Below the pieces are notes generated by a model, which had not been told where the DNA came from, did no database searches, and saw only the letters and a program-made list of their open reading frames with translations. Shown here piece by piece: positions 1 through 9,171 of a stretch of DNA of 64,000 nt; position 1 is the stretch's first letter, and the number at the start of each line of letters is the position of its first letter. The position numbers and the translations under genes are program-made. Origin of the DNA: an uncultured Candidatus Saccharibacteria bacterium (GTDB lineage Bacteria; Patescibacteriota; Minisyncoccia; Phycocordibacterales; UBA2100); assembly GCA_964654205.1 (NCBI GenBank), contig CAZZHR010000002.1:65800-129799 (forward strand), written 5' to 3'.

Positions 1-111
1 AAGTGCCCGATTGCGGTGCCGCTTGAACGTGCATCCGCAATTACCTCACGAAGCGTGCGCATGTCGCCCAGTATACCGCATCGATAAAAGGTCACGTGGT
101 ACAATCCGCTC

Positions 112-1101
112 ATGCAATACGATGTCCTTGCCATCGGCGATCCCGTTATTGACTGCTTTATCAGACTGAAAGACGCGAAAGTCCACTGCAACATCGACAA
201 CGAGGACTGCGAGCTCTGCGTAAAATTCGGCCAAAAAATCCCCTTCGAATTCGCGGTCGAAGTGCCTGCGGTCGGCAATGCGTCGAATGCCGCTGTCGCG
301 TGCGCACGGCTCGGACTCGCATCCGCTTTCCGCGGTTCGGTGGGCGACGATGCCAACGGCCAGCTCATCATCGACACCTTCGCGAAAAACGGCGTCGCAA
401 CCGAACACATCGTGAAAGAGCCGGGCAAGGTGACGAATTACCACTACGTGCTCTGGTACGAGAGTGAGCGCACCATCCTCATCAAGCACGAGCACTTTAC
501 GTACTCGCTCCCGCAGCTCTCCGGTGCGCCGAAATGGATTTATCTCTCATCGCTCGGCGAAGGGACAGAAAAGTACCAGCACGAGATTGCTGCGTATGCG
601 CAAACGAGTGGTTCCAAACTCGCGTTCCAGCCCGGCACGTTCCAGATAAAACTCGGCGCCGACGAGCTCAAAGATATTTATGCGGCGGCAGAGATAAGCT
701 TCTGCAACAAAGAAGAGGCGCAGCAGATTTTGAAGACAGAGGAGAGCGACCTGAGAAAGCTGCTCGACGGAATGAGGAGCTTGGGTGTGAAGCAGATGGT
801 GATTACGGATGGCAGAAATGGCTCCTACGCGATGGATGAAAAGGGCTCCGCCTGGCACATACCCATGTATCCCGACCCGAAGCCGCCAGTGGAGCGCACC
901 GGCGCGGGCGATGCGACAGCCTCAACGACGGTCGCGTACCTGCTCAAAGGTCTTAGTCTCGAAGAAGCTCTCATGCGCGGGCTGATCAATTCGGCATACG
1001 TCGTGCAAGAAATAGGCGCGCAAAAAGGCCTGCTTACGCCGGAGCACATTGAGGAGCTCTACGCCGCCCGCCCCGCCGACTTTAAAGCAACGGCTCTCTA
1101 G
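112..1101 (+). CDS. PfkB-family carbohydrate kinase (ribokinase-like)
   Basis: 329-aa ORF. Has the N-terminal 'VLAIGDPVIDCF' and the C-terminal 'TGAGDA' anion-hole motif typical of the ribokinase/PfkB fold. No competing ORF. Confidence 0.8.
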   Translation: MQYDVLAIGDPVIDCFIRLKDAKVHCNIDNEDCELCVKFGQKIPFEFAVEVPAVGNASNAAVACARLGLASAFRGSVGDDANGQLIIDTFAKNGVATEHIVKEPGKVTNYHYVLWYESERTILIKHEHFTYSLPQLSGAPKWIYLSSLGEGTEKYQHEIAAYAQTSGSKLAFQPGTFQIKLGADELKDIYAAAEISFCNKEEAQQILKTEESDLRKLLDGMRSLGVKQMVITDGRNGSYAMDEKGSAWHIPMYPDPKPPVERTGAGDATASTTVAYLLKGLSLEEALMRGLINSAYVVQEIGAQKGLLTPEHIEELYAARPADFKATAL

Positions 1102-1170
1102 AGCCATTTTCCCAATATTGACTACCCGTCTAGTCGTGGTATAATTGCAAGAGCAGGGAGGCGTTGAACA

Positions 1171-1869
1171 GTGTGGTGGGTGTCACTCGATTTCTCGAAC
1201 CAACGAGGAACTGTGATGCGTATCAAACTGTGGACTATCGAGGCCAGGTTCTTCCGCACCTCGATTCACATGTCTCATTTCTTTGGCGCGCTCATCTTCG
1301 CGATGATCGTGGGTCCGGGAATTGAGATGCAAAGGATCGCCGAGGCGAGAGCCGAGGCGGCCCGTGAGGCGCGACTCGTGCAACTCCGCAAGGACGAGCA
1401 CGAAATCACGTGTCTCACAAACGTTGCTCACCACGAAGCTCGTGGTGAGATGGTGGGCGTGCGCGAGCTGGTCGCAAAGACTGTGCTTGCAATCGCCGGC
1501 GACAGGATGTCGAAGCTGCCGAAGACCGTGTGCGAACTCGCCAGGGTCAAAGGCATGTTCTCGAACATCCGATACGTCGAGGAGCCGCGCTTCGCTGACG
1601 CGAAATGGGCGGCGATTCACGGGGAAATGAGCGAGGTCTACTACGGACCCCGTACACTTCCCCGCGGCTGGGGGTGCGTGCGTGGGTTCCGAGTCTCCGA
1701 CGACCAATTGGAGAAACTCGGTCCCAAGGCGCTCGCACAGCTGGGCTTCACGGTGAACGCGAAGGGATTGAAGTACTTCGCGGCACACCGAGTACCCGTC
1801 GACACTCGCGGTCGCATAACGTTTTATGCACCGCGAGGCGGGTGCAGCGATCCGACTCCAACGACATAG
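1171..1869 (+). CDS. SleB/CwlJ-like cell wall hydrolase (Hydrolase_2 family); start uncertain (possibly Met at 1216)
   Basis: Motif 'CLTNVAHHEARGE' matches the conserved EARGE core of SleB-type hydrolases. A terminator hairpin lies immediately downstream. The overlapping minus-strand ORF 1183..1956 has no recognisable motifs. Confidence 0.5.
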   Translation: MWWVSLDFSNQRGTVMRIKLWTIEARFFRTSIHMSHFFGALIFAMIVGPGIEMQRIAEARAEAAREARLVQLRKDEHEITCLTNVAHHEARGEMVGVRELVAKTVLAIAGDRMSKLPKTVCELARVKGMFSNIRYVEEPRFADAKWAAIHGEMSEVYYGPRTLPRGWGCVRGFRVSDDQLEKLGPKALAQLGFTVNAKGLKYFAAHRVPVDTRGRITFYAPRGGCSDPTPTT

Positions 1870-1897
1870 TTCCTCCGGCCACGTGGCCGGAATTCCT

Positions 1898-1935
1898 GAC
1901 GGCGCCCTCGTGGCGCCGTCTTCTTTTTTTTGCAT
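1898..1935 (+). terminator. Rho-independent terminator (acggcgccctcgtggcgccgt + T8)
   Basis: GC-rich 8-bp stem (ggcgccct/gtggcgcc) followed by 'cttcttttttttg', directly after the 1869 stop. Confidence 0.55.
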
Positions 1936-1958
1936 CCATGCCACTCTGAACCACATCC

Positions 1959-1992
1959 GTACCGATTCCTATCTATAGATAGGAATCGGTAC
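1959..1992. repeat. 34-bp perfect palindrome gtaccgattcctatcta|tagataggaatcggtac
   Basis: Read directly. The two 17-bp arms are exact reverse complements. It lies in the convergent intergenic region between the hydrolase and tktC. Confidence 0.85.
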
Positions 1993-2012
1993 AGGCAGAT
2001 ACTGAAGTGAGT

Positions 2013-2046
2013 AGGGAACAGGGAGAATTAGGGAACCGGGAGAATA
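2013..2046. repeat. Two tandem 17-bp direct repeats (gggaacagggagaatta / gggaaccgggagaatat)
   Basis: Read directly; 14/17 identical, adjacent to the palindrome. Confidence 0.5.
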
Positions 2047-2091
2047 TGGAGACTCGGGGATTCGCATTTCTTAGACCAGGGCGCGGGCGCT

Positions 2092-3099
2092 CTACGTGCG
2101 CCCCCTTCGCGGGATTACATTCTTTACTGCCGCGACAATATCCTTGACGCCGAGTCCGTATGCCTCGATGAGTTCTGCGGCCGTGCCAGACTCCCCGAAC
2201 TCGTCTTGTACCGCGACGAACTCCATCGGTGTCGGGGCTTCGCGCGCGAGCACTTCCGCTATCGCGCCGCCCAGTCCCCCGTTGACCTGATGTTCTTCCA
2301 CAGAGACGACGCAGCCCGCACGCTTCGCTTCGCGCACGATGGTCTCCGCGTCGATTGGTTTTATCGTATGAATATTAGTGACCGTGACCTGCATTCCCTC
2401 TCCTTCTAGCTGCTTCGCAGCTTTGAGCGCACCATGGAGGAGCGAGCCGGTGGCAAAGAGTGCGACCTGCGGAGAATCTGACTGCCATAGAACATTTGCC
2501 TTGCCGAGTGTGAATGGTGTTTCTGGCGTCGTCATCTGCGGCATCTTTTCACGCTCGACGCGGATGTAGACCGGCGTGTTCGTCTTCGCTGCTGCGATGG
2601 TAGCCTTTTTCGCCTCCTCTGCATCACATGGCGAGAGCACTATCATATTGGGCATCGCTCTCATGAGCGCGAGGTCTTCGAGCATCTGGTGCGTCGCGCC
2701 ATCGGGTCCCGTGAGAAGCCCCGCATGGGAGCCGACTATTTTTACCGGCACGTTGTTGAGCGCGATGGTCGTGCGTATCTGCTCCCAGTTGCGCCCGGGT
2801 GAGAACGCCGCGTACGAGGTGCAAAACGGGATTTTCCCGTAGTTCGCCATGCCCGAGGCCACCGTGACGAGATTTTGCTCCGCGACGCCCACTTGGATAA
2901 ACCGTGCAGGGAATTTTTTCGCGAAGAGGTCCATCTTCGTCGACTCAGTGAGGTCTGCCGAAAGCGCGACGATATTTTCATCCGCCTCGCCGGCTACGAC
3001 GAGTCCCTCGCCAAAACCCTGGCGCGTCGGGGAGAGCGTTCCGCCAGCCGGCGGAGCCCCCCAGATGTCCTCGCGCAGCTTCATTTCAGGATTCAACAT
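2092..3099 (-). CDS. tktB: Transketolase, C-terminal (pyrimidine-binding/C-terminal domain) subunit
   Basis: Strong similarity to the transketolase Pyr/C-terminal half ('GPDGATHQ', 'EDLA'). Start trimmed to 'MLNPEMKL'; the ORF-track start at 3174 overlaps the upstream gene. Confidence 0.85.
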   Translation of the reverse strand: MLNPEMKLREDIWGAPPAGGTLSPTRQGFGEGLVVAGEADENIVALSADLTESTKMDLFAKKFPARFIQVGVAEQNLVTVASGMANYGKIPFCTSYAAFSPGRNWEQIRTTIALNNVPVKIVGSHAGLLTGPDGATHQMLEDLALMRAMPNMIVLSPCDAEEAKKATIAAAKTNTPVYIRVEREKMPQMTTPETPFTLGKANVLWQSDSPQVALFATGSLLHGALKAAKQLEGEGMQVTVTNIHTIKPIDAETIVREAKRAGCVVSVEEHQVNGGLGGAIAEVLAREAPTPMEFVAVQDEFGESGTAAELIEAYGLGVKDIVAAVKNVIPRRGRT

Positions 3100-3101
3100 A
3101 T

Positions 3102-3938
3102 TTATTGAGCTACCGCGCGCAACTCTTCGAGGAACTTCGGCGCCTCGTCCTTCGTCGGCGGTTTGCCGTGCCATTTGTAGTCGTTCTCGATACTCTTGAT
3201 GCCCTTCCCTGGCGTCACATGCGCGAGGATGAGCGTCGGCTTGTCCTGGATCGACTTCGCTTCATCGCACGCAGCGATGAACTGCGCGATGTTATGACCA
3301 TCTATCTCTACGACGTGCCAGCCGAATGCCTCGTACTTTGCCCGCATCGGCTCGAGCGACATCACGTCTTCTGTGTTCCCCTCTATCTGGATATTGTTGC
3401 GGTCCATGATGGCGACGAGGTTCGATAATCGATAGTGTCCGGCGAACATCGCGCCCTCCCACGTGTTGCCCTCTTGCTGCTCACCATCGGACATCGCGCA
3501 AAAAATACGGAACTTTTTGTTGTCCATCCGCGCGGCGTACGCATACCCCGCCGCTTGTGAGAGCCCGCTCCCGAGCGGTCCCGAGGTCGTTTCCACACCT
3601 GGCAACTTCTCTCGCTCTGGGTGCCCCTGGAGACGCGAACCGAACTTGCGGAGCGTCAGGCATTCTTCTACCGGAAAGTATCCCGCATGCGCCATCGTCG
3701 CGTAGCGAACCGGCGTGATGTGACCGTTGGAAAGAAACAGGCGGTCACGCTCCTCCCATTCGGGATTCTTCGGGTCGTTTTTGAGTACGTGGAAATAGAG
3801 TGCGGTGAAAATGTCCGTCATGCCTAAGGGGCCGGCTGTGTGCCCCGAACCTGCCGCCGCCAGCATTTCAATAATCGTCTGTCGAACCTTGTTAGCCTGC
3901 TGTTCCAGCCTCTGTATTTCGGCATCCGTAAGAGCCAT
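3102..3938 (-). CDS. tktA: Transketolase, N-terminal (TPP-binding) subunit
   Basis: 'GSGHTAGPLGMTDIF', 'GHPE', 'SDGEQQEG' TPP-binding motifs. Start trimmed to 'MALTDAEIQ'; the upstream 58 codons overlap rpe. Split transketolase as in archaea and many CPR. Confidence 0.85.
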   Translation of the reverse strand: MALTDAEIQRLEQQANKVRQTIIEMLAAAGSGHTAGPLGMTDIFTALYFHVLKNDPKNPEWEERDRLFLSNGHITPVRYATMAHAGYFPVEECLTLRKFGSRLQGHPEREKLPGVETTSGPLGSGLSQAAGYAYAARMDNKKFRIFCAMSDGEQQEGNTWEGAMFAGHYRLSNLVAIMDRNNIQIEGNTEDVMSLEPMRAKYEAFGWHVVEIDGHNIAQFIAACDEAKSIQDKPTLILAHVTPGKGIKSIENDYKWHGKPPTKDEAPKFLEELRAVAQ

Positions 3939-3945
3939 GACGCGA

Positions 3946-4668
3946 TTATACAGTCTCCGCGAGCACGGGGGGTGTGCATCCGCGCATGGCCCTCTCGTGG
4001 AGGCGAGCGAAGGCCTGGGCAGGATTGTCGCTCTTTGAGATTGCCGAGCCCACGCAGAGTCGATTTGCCCCGGCACGTACGAGGTCCTCGATGTTGGACT
4101 CCCCCACGCCACCGTCTACTGCCACCATGAGGTCGGGGTGTTTTGCATGCAGCTCTTCAACTCGTGAAAGCGCGGTGTCATTGAATGGCTGACCCTGGGG
4201 ACCAATCTTCGTTATAGACATCAGAAGCGCGTAATCAATAGCAGAAACAAATTCATCAATAGCAGCGAGTGGCGTATCAATCTTTAGCGCGAGACCAATC
4301 TCATTCGTTCCAGCACTGCGGCACAATGCGATTGTGCGCTGCACATCCTCTGCCGTGTCGAAGGATTCGACATGAAATACGATTCTCTTGAATCCAGCCT
4401 GAGCGAAGCACTCATAAACATCAAGATTCTGTTTTATCATCAAATGCAACTCCATCGAAACACTTCCTCCTAGCCTCAATTGCCGCAATTCCTCAAGCTG
4501 GGTCACATTGTTGAACGGCCATGTCTTTATATCTACGAACACGCCGTCGTCTATATCCACGTGCATCCAGTCGGTGTACGAACCGACGGATTGCACATAC
4601 GAAGCAACGTCGGACCACTCCCTCGGGACAACCGTCGGAAGTATGTGTGGGTCGCAAAGGTACCTCAT
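3946..4668 (-). CDS. rpe: Ribulose-phosphate 3-epimerase
   Basis: TIM-barrel Rpe motifs 'MHVDIDDGVFV', 'HLMI', 'DGGVG'. Probable start 'MRYLCDPHIL'. Confidence 0.85.
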   Translation of the reverse strand: MRYLCDPHILPTVVPREWSDVASYVQSVGSYTDWMHVDIDDGVFVDIKTWPFNNVTQLEELRQLRLGGSVSMELHLMIKQNLDVYECFAQAGFKRIVFHVESFDTAEDVQRTIALCRSAGTNEIGLALKIDTPLAAIDEFVSAIDYALLMSITKIGPQGQPFNDTALSRVEELHAKHPDLMVAVDGGVGESNIEDLVRAGANRLCVGSAISKSDNPAQAFARLHERAMRGCTPPVLAETV

Positions 4669-4670
4669 TT

Positions 4671-5126
4671 TTATTGTGGACCGACTCGGTAGCTGCCGGT
4701 TGGCTCCGTTGATGGAGAAGCACCTTCCGGTACATTGCACGTATCAGCGGGCGACGGTACGCTCGCTTCCATAACCGCACCAATGCAATACGAGACTACA
4801 GCAGAACCAATCGTGTACGGGGTGTAGTTGTAGTTGCTGCCCGTCGACGGGTCGGTAGGTACCTCTGAAATGTAGCTTGGCGCGAGACCCGCAAGAGCGC
4901 CTGGGTACGCGGGCAGTGACTGAGAAGAATAGTAGAGCTCGAGCGCGACTTGGAGCTGCTTGAGGTCCGAGATGCGACGCGTATCGCGCCCCTTCTCTCT
5001 CGCACTATTGAGTGATGCGAGCACAACAGAAGATAGGAGTCCGATGATAGCCACCACGACGAGAAGCTCTATGAGCGTGAACCCTCGCTGGGTGCTACGT
5101 CGCGATATGCGCAAATCTGTTGACAT
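4671..5126 (-). CDS. Type IV pilin / pseudopilin (prepilin N-terminal methylation domain)
   Basis: N-terminus 'QRGFTLIELLVVVAIIGLL' is a class III signal peptide plus conserved Glu5. 151 aa. Confidence 0.8.
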   Translation of the reverse strand: MSTDLRISRRSTQRGFTLIELLVVVAIIGLLSSVVLASLNSAREKGRDTRRISDLKQLQVALELYYSSQSLPAYPGALAGLAPSYISEVPTDPSTGSNYNYTPYTIGSAVVSYCIGAVMEASVPSPADTCNVPEGASPSTEPTGSYRVGPQ

Positions 5127-5129
5127 GAT

Positions 5130-5348
5130 TTATTGCGGAAGGAGAGGGGGCGCGTCAGAACCACCGGTATTGAATAAGAGAAACGCTCCGACGAGCGCCA
5201 GAACACCAATGCCGATGAGTGTATAGATGGCTGTCTGCCTGTCTCCCACGAGTCCCCACGATACGAGCTTGTCCGCAAAGTCGCCGCGTTCCGCAGCGGG
5301 CGGTCTCCCGAATTCGTCGTTGTTGCTGTCAAAACGCATGTCGCTCAT
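5130..5348 (-). CDS. Small hypothetical membrane protein (single TM)
   Basis: 72-aa ORF packed between rpiB and the pilin gene, with a hydrophobic stretch 'IYTLIGIGVLALVGAFLLF'. No recognised family. Confidence 0.35.
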   Translation of the reverse strand: MSDMRFDSNNDEFGRPPAAERGDFADKLVSWGLVGDRQTAIYTLIGIGVLALVGAFLLFNTGGSDAPPLLPQ

Positions 5349-5392
5349 ACCATGAAGTATACCCTGCGACAGGACAAATCAACACGGGTTGC

Positions 5393-5884
5393 TCACAGTT
5401 GCGTGTCGATGCTCGCGATTCGGCGCGCATGGCGTTCATCACCGGAAAAAGGGGCATCGAGCCAATCTTTGACGGCTTTCTTTGCATCGTCTATAGAGAG
5501 GAATCGGGCACCGAGGGAAAGTGCGTTCGCGTTGTTGTGCTCGCGCGTCGAGACTATCATGTTGAATGTCTTCCCTGCCGCATCGGTCTGTGTCGTGACG
5601 CCGCCGTAGTACACAACAGCGCGAACCCCCTTGAATCGGTTTGCGACGATGGCTTCACCTTGTCCCGAACCCCCCAAGATTACTGCTCTGCTGTCGAATC
5701 CACCCGCAACGTCGGCTGAAAGCTTCCGCGCAGCTCCGGCAACGATGCCGGGATAGTCGTCGGCCGCATCGTACGTGGATGCTCCGCAATCTTCTACCTC
5801 GTAGCCAAGCTCGTCTCGTACAAATGCCACGAGCGTATTTTTCAATTCGAACCCCGCGTGGTCTGCGGCGAAATAGACCTTCAT
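5393..5884 (-). CDS. rpiB: Ribose-5-phosphate isomerase B
   Basis: 'MKVYFAADHAGFELK...' is a canonical RpiB/LacAB N-terminus. Start trimmed to MKVYF. Confidence 0.85.
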   Translation of the reverse strand: MKVYFAADHAGFELKNTLVAFVRDELGYEVEDCGASTYDAADDYPGIVAGAARKLSADVAGGFDSRAVILGGSGQGEAIVANRFKGVRAVVYYGGVTTQTDAAGKTFNMIVSTREHNNANALSLGARFLSIDDAKKAVKDWLDAPFSGDERHARRIASIDTQL

Positions 5885-5885
5885 A

Positions 5886-6905
5886 CTACAGTCGCTTCGC
5901 GACTTCACTCACATGCTCGACGAGCGTGTGCACATATCCCATCTCGTTGTCGTACCACGCGAGCACCTTCACGAGCGTGCCATCTACAACACGAGTCATC
6001 GAGAGGTCGGCGATAGAGCCAAATGGCAGTCCAAGGATGTCGCTCGAGACAAGCGGTTCTTCGCTCACAGCGAAGACTCGCTTCCACCTGTCGCTCTGTG
6101 CCGCTGCCTTCAGGGTGGCGTTCACTTCTTCGGCGCTCGTCGCGCGCTTGGCAACAAAAGTGACATCGACGAGAGAGCCCGCGGGTACGGGCACGCGCAC
6201 CGATACGCCGTCGAACTTTCCCGCAAGCTGCGGATATGCAAGCGCAGTCGCCTTCGCAGCACCGGTCGAGGTCGGCACCATATTGAGCGCAGCAGCACGG
6301 CTTTCGCGGAGATCTTTAGACTTGCCGCCATCTACGAGTGCCTGTGATGCGGTGTATGCGTGCGTCGTATTGAGAATCGCTCGCTCGATGCCTATCGCTT
6401 CATCCAAGATGCCCACGAGGGGTGATGCGGCGTTGGTTGTGCAGGAGGCATTCGATGAAATGTCACACGTGCCCTGGCCGGGCAGGCCGAATTTCGATTC
6501 GTTCGCCCCGATGAGTATGGTCTCAAGCCCATCGCCTTTCCCAGGTGCAGAGATGACGACTTTCTTTGCACCCGCGGTGATGTGTCCGCGCGCTTTTTCA
6601 GCATCGGTGAAGAAACCTGTCGATTCGACGACAATGTCGATGCCGAGGTCTTTCCATGGGAGTTTTTCAGGCTCTTTCTCTGCAGTTATACGCACGTTCC
6701 TCCCCCCTATCACGAGCCCGCCATCGCCCACTGCGACTTCGAATTTCGCCTTTCCATAGACAGAATCGTAGGTGAGGAGATACGCGAGGCTCTCCGCGGG
6801 GGTGAGGTCGTTGACCGCGACGAGTTCGAGGCCAGGCCTATCGTGTATCGCCCGCGCGAACCCCCTGCCAATCCTGCCAAATCCATTGATTGCAATTTTT
6901 GCCAT
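5886..6905 (-). CDS. gap: Glyceraldehyde-3-phosphate dehydrogenase
   Basis: 'MAKIAINGFGRIGR' NAD-binding N-terminus, catalytic 'ASCTTN', 'WYDNE'. The ORF-track N-terminal extension (85 aa) was removed. Confidence 0.9.
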   Translation of the reverse strand: MAKIAINGFGRIGRGFARAIHDRPGLELVAVNDLTPAESLAYLLTYDSVYGKAKFEVAVGDGGLVIGGRNVRITAEKEPEKLPWKDLGIDIVVESTGFFTDAEKARGHITAGAKKVVISAPGKGDGLETILIGANESKFGLPGQGTCDISSNASCTTNAASPLVGILDEAIGIERAILNTTHAYTASQALVDGGKSKDLRESRAAALNMVPTSTGAAKATALAYPQLAGKFDGVSVRVPVPAGSLVDVTFVAKRATSAEEVNATLKAAAQSDRWKRVFAVSEEPLVSSDILGLPFGSIADLSMTRVVDGTLVKVLAWYDNEMGYVHTLVEHVSEVAKRL

Positions 6906-7116
6906 GTGGCGAGTATACCACCCGCGCACAGGTGCTCTTGGGGAGATTTCTGGTGTTATTCCGTAGCGGGTGTGGATGTCGCCCCAGACGGTTCTGATGC
7001 TTCGTTGCTCTCTTCCGATTCCGTCCCCTCGTTGGTATCGGAGTCCTCGGATTCGGTACTCGTTGCCGCAGATGGCTCTTCCGGCACCTCTACTTCCCCG
7101 GCGTTGGGGTCGAACA

Positions 7117-7632
7117 CTATGACAGTACGTTCCGCGAACGTCGAAAAAGAACGTACGCACCGAAAAGGAGTAGGGGTGTGAGGATCACACCGCCCACCAA
7201 ATACGGCGCAGGAAAAACACGTTCACCTTCGACGACAGTGATGGAGAACTCGTTCGCGGCAAGCTCCTCGCCGTCTGCCGTTCTGTAACTCACACTCAGC
7301 GCAAACGTACCCTGCTCTGGGAACGTGTAAAGGAGCGTGGTCGGGCCGAAAGTTTGGAAACGGACTCCGGTCGCAAGAAGTGTTTTTCGCTCTCTCATTA
7401 CCCTCACCCACACATGGTCGAAATGCTCGAACGCGAGGTCTTCTTCTGCTCGCAGTTCAAACTCAAACCGTGACGCGCGCCCGGCTTCGAACGTAGGCTC
7501 ATCGTAGCCAATATCAATGAAAAAAGGTGACGATGTGGCTTCGAGGGAGTATCCGAGCGAATGCGCATTGACTATCGAGTAGGGAGCTACCGCGAGGAAA
7601 AGCAGGAGGATGCAGAACAGCACACGCCGCAT
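7117..7632 (-). CDS. Hypothetical secreted/membrane-anchored protein
   Basis: Signal-peptide-like 'MRRVLFCILLLFLAVAPYSIVNA' and a C-terminal TM helix. No family recognised. Confidence 0.4.
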   Translation of the reverse strand: MRRVLFCILLLFLAVAPYSIVNAHSLGYSLEATSSPFFIDIGYDEPTFEAGRASRFEFELRAEEDLAFEHFDHVWVRVMRERKTLLATGVRFQTFGPTTLLYTFPEQGTFALSVSYRTADGEELAANEFSITVVEGERVFPAPYLVGGVILTPLLLFGAYVLFRRSRNVLS

Positions 7633-7649
7633 GTCTGTCAGTCTATCAT

Positions 7650-7874
7650 TCAACGGTTCGCGTGCATCAGGCATTCCGCTCGGACGTACGGCGGAGTCGC
7701 GTCACAGAAATTCCTCAACCTCACAGTCTTTTGCGCATGCTGATGCAAGTCGACTTTTGCATGACCGAGTGCTGTGTCCATTATCCTGCGCGCCCACTCA
7801 AGCATGCGCGCAGCGAGTATCTCGCCGCTCTCGCGGATGAAGTGGGCAACAGCGCTGATAAAGGACTCGTTCAT
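7650..7874 (-). CDS. Possible small ORF (74 aa), unknown
   Basis: Only an ORF in an otherwise unassigned 200-bp gap. No motifs. Confidence 0.2.
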   Translation of the reverse strand: MNESFISAVAHFIRESGEILAARMLEWARRIMDTALGHAKVDLHQHAQKTVRLRNFCDATPPYVRAECLMHANR

Positions 7875-7875
7875 A

Positions 7876-9141
7876 TCAATTTTCAGGTGTGGTGGTCGCT
7901 TGCTGCACTTGTTCGCTCTCTGTAGCCACTGGCTCGGTAGTTGTCGCTGGGATTTCTATCTCCGTACTTCCTGCTTCGGTATTCGTGCTTCCCATTCCAC
8001 TCTCCGTACTCCCCCCTTCGTTCCCTCCGCTCTCATTCGACGCTTCTTCATTCATACCTCCTATTTCGTCTCCTTGTTCTTCTTGGACTTCTTCTTGGGC
8101 AGGCGTGCTCGTTGCCGAAATCGTGTCGCTCGACGCTTCTTCATTCGTACTTCCTCCTTCTCCTGCTGGACTTTCAACGTTCACATTTTCACTTTCAACC
8201 TGCGGCGGAGCCGCCGGCCTCACATTCCCCGCCTCGCTCACTTCGCCACCCGGATTCGCAGCATCACCCACGAGCACGATGCGGCGCACTGTTATCACTG
8301 CACCGCCTGGGTCTGTCGCGCTGTATTCAATCGAGTGCGCAGTCGTCGTCGAGGTATCGATGCCAGTCCATGTCGCTTTCTCGACGCCGTTGATGCGCAT
8401 ATACACGCCCGCGTTGGTCTGGTATGGATCGACGAGTACCGCGCCGAGGTCTGCGTAGCTCGCACCGAGCGGAATACGCGCCGGATTGTTGCCGAGGAGC
8501 TGCAGACCTATCTTGAGCCCGCTCGCGCTCGTACTTCCTGCTTCGTTACTCGTACTTCCGTTTCCGCTTCCATCTGCGGGACCAAAGACCGCGGCCGCTG
8601 CGGCCACCTGCGGCTGGACGACAGGGGTGTAGCCGGGGAGCGTCTCGGTGCTGTCATCGAGGAATTTGCCGATAAGGCCGCCGTACGACGTCGCTACGGT
8701 GAGCTGCGTCACTGCGCTCCGCGCGTTCTCTTGTGTCTTGCTCAGCCGCGAAGCCTCGCGTTCTATCACTTGCCTGAGCTGCTGCGTCACGTACAGGCCG
8801 AGGTCGCGATACTCGCCGAGGTCTGTCTTCGAGACCTGCATCGTTACTTTTTTGATTACGTCCTTCCAGACGTACTCGTCGACATCTATCGTGTGGAATT
8901 CGTACTCTACGAAATAGTCGTTCTCGTCTTCGGTGACCGCGGTGATGACAGCACGCGGGCTGTAGCTCGAGAGGTCCTTGCCGACGAGGTAGGTGTTGTC
9001 CACGGTGAGCACTTCATGCTGCTGCGAGTAGATGGCCTCCGGATTCGTCGCCGCAAAGACCCCCGTGCCGCCTAGAATCAGGATGCCGAGTGCCACCGGC
9101 ACGGCATTGTGATACTGAAAGAAGTGAAGAAGTGGGGTCAT
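7876..9141 (-). CDS. Hypothetical membrane-anchored secreted protein with acidic/low-complexity C-terminal tail
   Basis: N-terminal TM 'VPVALGILILGGTGVFAA', a possible Ig-like segment ('HSIEYSATDPGGAVITV'), and an E/S/T/G-rich tail. The antisense ORFs 7774..9075 and 7889..8458 are low-complexity artefacts. Confidence 0.45.
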   Translation of the reverse strand: MTPLLHFFQYHNAVPVALGILILGGTGVFAATNPEAIYSQQHEVLTVDNTYLVGKDLSSYSPRAVITAVTEDENDYFVEYEFHTIDVDEYVWKDVIKKVTMQVSKTDLGEYRDLGLYVTQQLRQVIEREASRLSKTQENARSAVTQLTVATSYGGLIGKFLDDSTETLPGYTPVVQPQVAAAAAVFGPADGSGNGSTSNEAGSTSASGLKIGLQLLGNNPARIPLGASYADLGAVLVDPYQTNAGVYMRINGVEKATWTGIDTSTTTAHSIEYSATDPGGAVITVRRIVLVGDAANPGGEVSEAGNVRPAAPPQVESENVNVESPAGEGGSTNEEASSDTISATSTPAQEEVQEEQGDEIGGMNEEASNESGGNEGGSTESGMGSTNTEAGSTEIEIPATTTEPVATESEQVQQATTTPEN

Positions 9142-9171
9142 AGGTGAGAGGTTAGAGTTGATAGTTTTTAG
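9141..9171. repeat. Direct repeat copy 1 (taggtgagaggttagagtt..tagtttttag)
   Basis: Matches 9532..9562 (taggtgcgaggttagagttttt-agtttttag). An inverted partial copy 'aaaacctctaacct' lies at 9600..9613. Confidence 0.7.

Noticed and set aside
1183-1956. 257-aa minus-strand ORF overlapping the SleB-like gene
   Set aside because: The plus-strand frame carries the conserved EARGE hydrolase motif and is followed by a terminator. The minus frame is Arg/His-rich with no motif.
3939-4112. N-terminal 58-codon extension of tktN in the ORF track
   Set aside because: It overlaps rpe. The conserved transketolase N-terminus begins at 'MALTDAEIQ'.
5641-6759. 372-aa plus-strand ORF
   Set aside because: It is entirely antisense to GAPDH and rpiB, and has no motifs.
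7774-9075. 433-aa plus-strand ORF (and 7889..8458, 7941..8393) rich in Arg/Ser/Leu
   Set aside because: It is antisense to the 7876..9141 gene, which has a TM helix and plausible domain structure. Its composition is low-complexity, typical of a GC-driven antisense frame.
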